Of a DNA stretch of 64,000 nt, positions 61,269 to 64,000 are shown piece after piece (position 1 is the stretch's first letter; every line of letters starts with the position of its first letter). Position numbers and translations under genes: made by a program. Origin of the DNA: Oikopleura dioica (taxonomy: Eukaryota; Animalia; Chordata); the NCBI GenBank assembly GCA_907165135.1, contig OU015569.1:6510001-6574000 (forward strand). Reading direction: 5' to 3'. The notes below the pieces were generated by a model. It made no database searches, had not been told where the DNA came from, and saw only the letters and a program-made list of their open reading frames with translations.

Positions 61269-63462
61269 ATGAAGAATAGCAGTTTAAGAATACAGTTAAA
61301 ATGCATTTACACCTTCTTGCTTGGATCTGCAGTTGCCAGCTTTGACTCTATAGGTGTTCAAGCACCAGTTACATTCAAATGGACAGAAGTAGAGACTCCT
61401 GCCACTCCGAAGCCGACAGAAGCTTGGGAAAGACATGTCAACTCGCAAGGAATCACAAACTGGGAAGAGCATTTAAGATCACAAGGCATTGACCCACAAG
61501 TATGTACTTAAAAGCTCGAGATTTATTTTTTGAATTCTAATCCTGAAAGATAAAATTAATTTTTGATTAAATAATTGATCTTCTTTTTACCGTATACAGT
61601 ATACTCGTTCGAGTATATTCGTTTACATGTTTTAAGGGGGTGGTGGTCGAATATTTTTGGCCACTATGCCAACATGGTTAAGAATTTGATATTCACTTTT
61701 TGAGAATTATTTTGGTCCGAATAATAGTTCGAAGAACTAAAGTTGCTACTTGTTCCGAGAGTTTCAATCAATAATCATCCATGAGAAAGATATTTCGACT
61801 GAACACCATAACTTGGCACATTTCGTGGGACTAAAACTTGCTAATAATATTAACGAAAGTATTCCCGTTGATATTCAATAAGTTATTTCCTCTGAAGCAG
61901 TCTGAGCAATAAATGGCAGCGGTTGTTTAGAAGAAGGTCGGCACACGTTTGCCCACCAAACACGTGGAAATATTTAAGCTGGGCTCATACAAAACCGCGC
62001 GGTTTAGCCACAAACATTTACATCTAATGAAAACAATTATGTTCAATCGACAGGTTTATCTATCAACCTTTAAGTCTCATCACACGCAGCAAAATTCCGA
62101 AGACCAATGGTACAATCCGATGCTAGAATGCAAACAAGGGTTGGCATTCAACGGAGATACAGCTCCCACTCCACAAGTAAAATTTCACTGCCCAATACCG
62201 GGACTGTTATTTCTGTTTTAGGGGAAAATGAGATACATGGCTACCCCTAGCTATCCCTCAAGAACTCTGGGTGTATTCAAATGCAAGTGGACAATTCAGA
62301 GGTAAAGAATAGAACTTGTCGTTTCTTGTGAATAACAATTTGCTAGGGGCGAAGGTCCTCTAATAAAGCTCATTTTCAACTCAATCGACTTCGAGTGCAA
62401 CGGGCTCAACCCAAAAGTCAAATCATGGGGAACGGCGAATCACGTGCAAATTACCGACAAAGGGAACGTAAAGACAATTTATTGCGGCAAAAAACAAGAG
62501 GAATCATATTACACCAACTCTGACGAAATCGATGTTGAGATTCAGGTACAAACACGACCCTTTCAAAGAATATTAACTTGGAACTCGAAGGTCAATACTG
62601 CTGGATTCGGCAAGCGAGGATCAAGAGTCCAAATAATCTACCAAACTGTAAAAGCCAAAGGACGCCCCATTATCCGTCAACCAAATCAGCAATCCGTAAA
62701 GGCAAAAACTACACCGGCAGGAACGTCTCATAAATCTCGCTGCATTATTTTTTCAAATATATCTTTCGTCTTGTATTTTTTGTGAGACCGAATAGGACCG
62801 ATCGGAGGTTTTACGCTAGCTCCCGCCCCAACGTTACCTCCGGTCATGGCTAGCAGTAACAACGTCGCTTCACGAAAACCGCTAGTCAATCAAAACTCGG
62901 GAACCTGGAATCGTGCCGCAATCGTCCCCTCTACTAATCAAATTCATCCGAATCAACAGCCAAATCAACCACCGGGGAGTGTTCACTTCATTCCCAAAAA
63001 CCATAACAACGGTGCTTTTTACCCGCAGCTAAATACCAACCAATACATCAACTATGCGGATTATCATACAACAACCCCGCTTCCGGGCGGCAACGCGAAA
63101 GGATCGGTTCAAAAAATTATAAAAATGAAGATGAATAACCACTTTCTAATTTGATTCTCTTAAAATTCAGGGCATGTATTGAACTAAAAATAGTTGCCGC
63201 TACTTCAACTGAAGCATCCGAAATAACGAAAGGAGGTTTGGGTATCGCCATCGGTGGAATAATCGTACTGCTGGTGATAGGAGCAGTCTTGTTGGCAATT
63301 CGAAAAGTAAAACAGAAGGTTGAGGAATGGCGAAGACCAAAAGAACACTCGCCTGTGGGCACTGTGCCTAACGTAGTCACTTTTGTCAACGAGCTCGTCG
63401 ATGAGAGCAATAAAAAGACGGTCTCTCAAGAACCACTTCGCAGTAAAACTTCTGAGCAATGA
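61269..63462 (+). CDS. CUB-domain type I membrane protein
   Basis: Signal peptide, then a CUB-like region (MATPSYPSRTLGVFKCKWTIQ; IKLIFNSIDFEC; IYCGKKQEESYYTNSDEIDVEI), a Pro/Asn/Thr-rich stalk, a TM helix GLGIAIGGIIVLLVIGAVLLAI and a short tail. Confidence 0.75.
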
Positions 63463-63729
63463 ATCTCTTCAATATTGAGCTGTACATTTAACGAACAAAT
63501 TTCGCAAAAAGCTGATAAATTTGTAACTGTATAATAAATAACTGAATAAAATTCAAACTAAAACAAGAAGGAATTTTCGTTCATCGCATAAGAAATTCGT
63601 ACGATTCTTACTATTTGGACTTAGTTTATTCAGTACAGTGGAATTGGCAGTGTAACTGATTTTACATTGGCTTTCGTCAGATAAATTTGAACTTCATGAA
63701 AAGATTTCTAATTCAGATTTGAATGATAT

Positions 63730-63960
63730 TCAGAACTTTTTTGCTTTTTTTGCTGGTTTTTCGCTCTCTCCGTTGTTATCTGTTAATTTCGGAAGAGTAT
63801 CACGGTTGGGGCGATCGTTTAATTCAAGATTTTTTGCTGTCAACTCTTCCCCGACCTCACTTTCGTCGAGCTCGTAGTCGGACTCGCTATTCGGACTCAA
63901 ATCGTGCTGGCTATAATTTTGCTTGAGCGTTTTTTTCAAGTCGAAGACAAAATACTGAAG
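63730..63960 (-). CDS. Terminal exon of a gene extending past the window end; acidic with an NLS-like end
   Basis: ...SPNSESDYELDESEVGEE...SEKPAKKAKKF*. Confidence 0.55.
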   Translation of the reverse strand, partial: LQYFVFDLKKTLKQNYSQHDLSPNSESDYELDESEVGEELTAKNLELNDRPNRDTLPKLTDNNGESEKPAKKAKKF

Positions 63961-64000
63961 CAACGTTAGCTTTTAATCGTATTGGTGCTCCTACATTAAC

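Noticed and set aside
1-64000. CRISPR arrays, rRNA, bacterial promoters or defence systems, intact transposase or reverse-transcriptase ORFs
   Set aside because: No regularly spaced repeats, rRNA-like sequence or long intronless enzyme ORFs were seen; the window is spliceosomal eukaryotic DNA.

Overview
Eukaryotic genomic DNA, not prokaryotic: no CRISPR arrays, rRNA or bacterial operon signals were seen. Gene density is very high, most introns are 28-80 nt, and many introns have non-canonical GA-AG ends. This fits a larvacean tunicate such as Oikopleura dioica (inference). Well-supported genes: V-ATPase subunit d, USP22, a prokaryote-type SLC6/NSS transporter, an SLC43-family MFS transporter, a GAL3ST-like sulfotransferase, a CUB-domain membrane protein, two tandem Spalt-like C2H2 zinc-finger genes, and an intron-containing tRNA-Tyr nested in an intron of one of them. 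Manual splicing reveals genes the ORF track misses: a divergent homeobox gene with Thr at position 51 (57.2-57.8 kb), a chain of phase-compatible zinc-finger exons across the apparently empty 33-39 kb region, one or two large basic FGF-like (beta-trefoil?) secreted proteins (13-17.7 kb), two exons ending in RanBP2-type zinc-finger-like motifs, and several small proteins. Non-autonomous DNA-transposon-like elements lie at 2.8, 3.4-4.2 and 5.7-6.05 kb. All gene models were spliced and translated by eye without database searches, so exon edges and family calls need checking.
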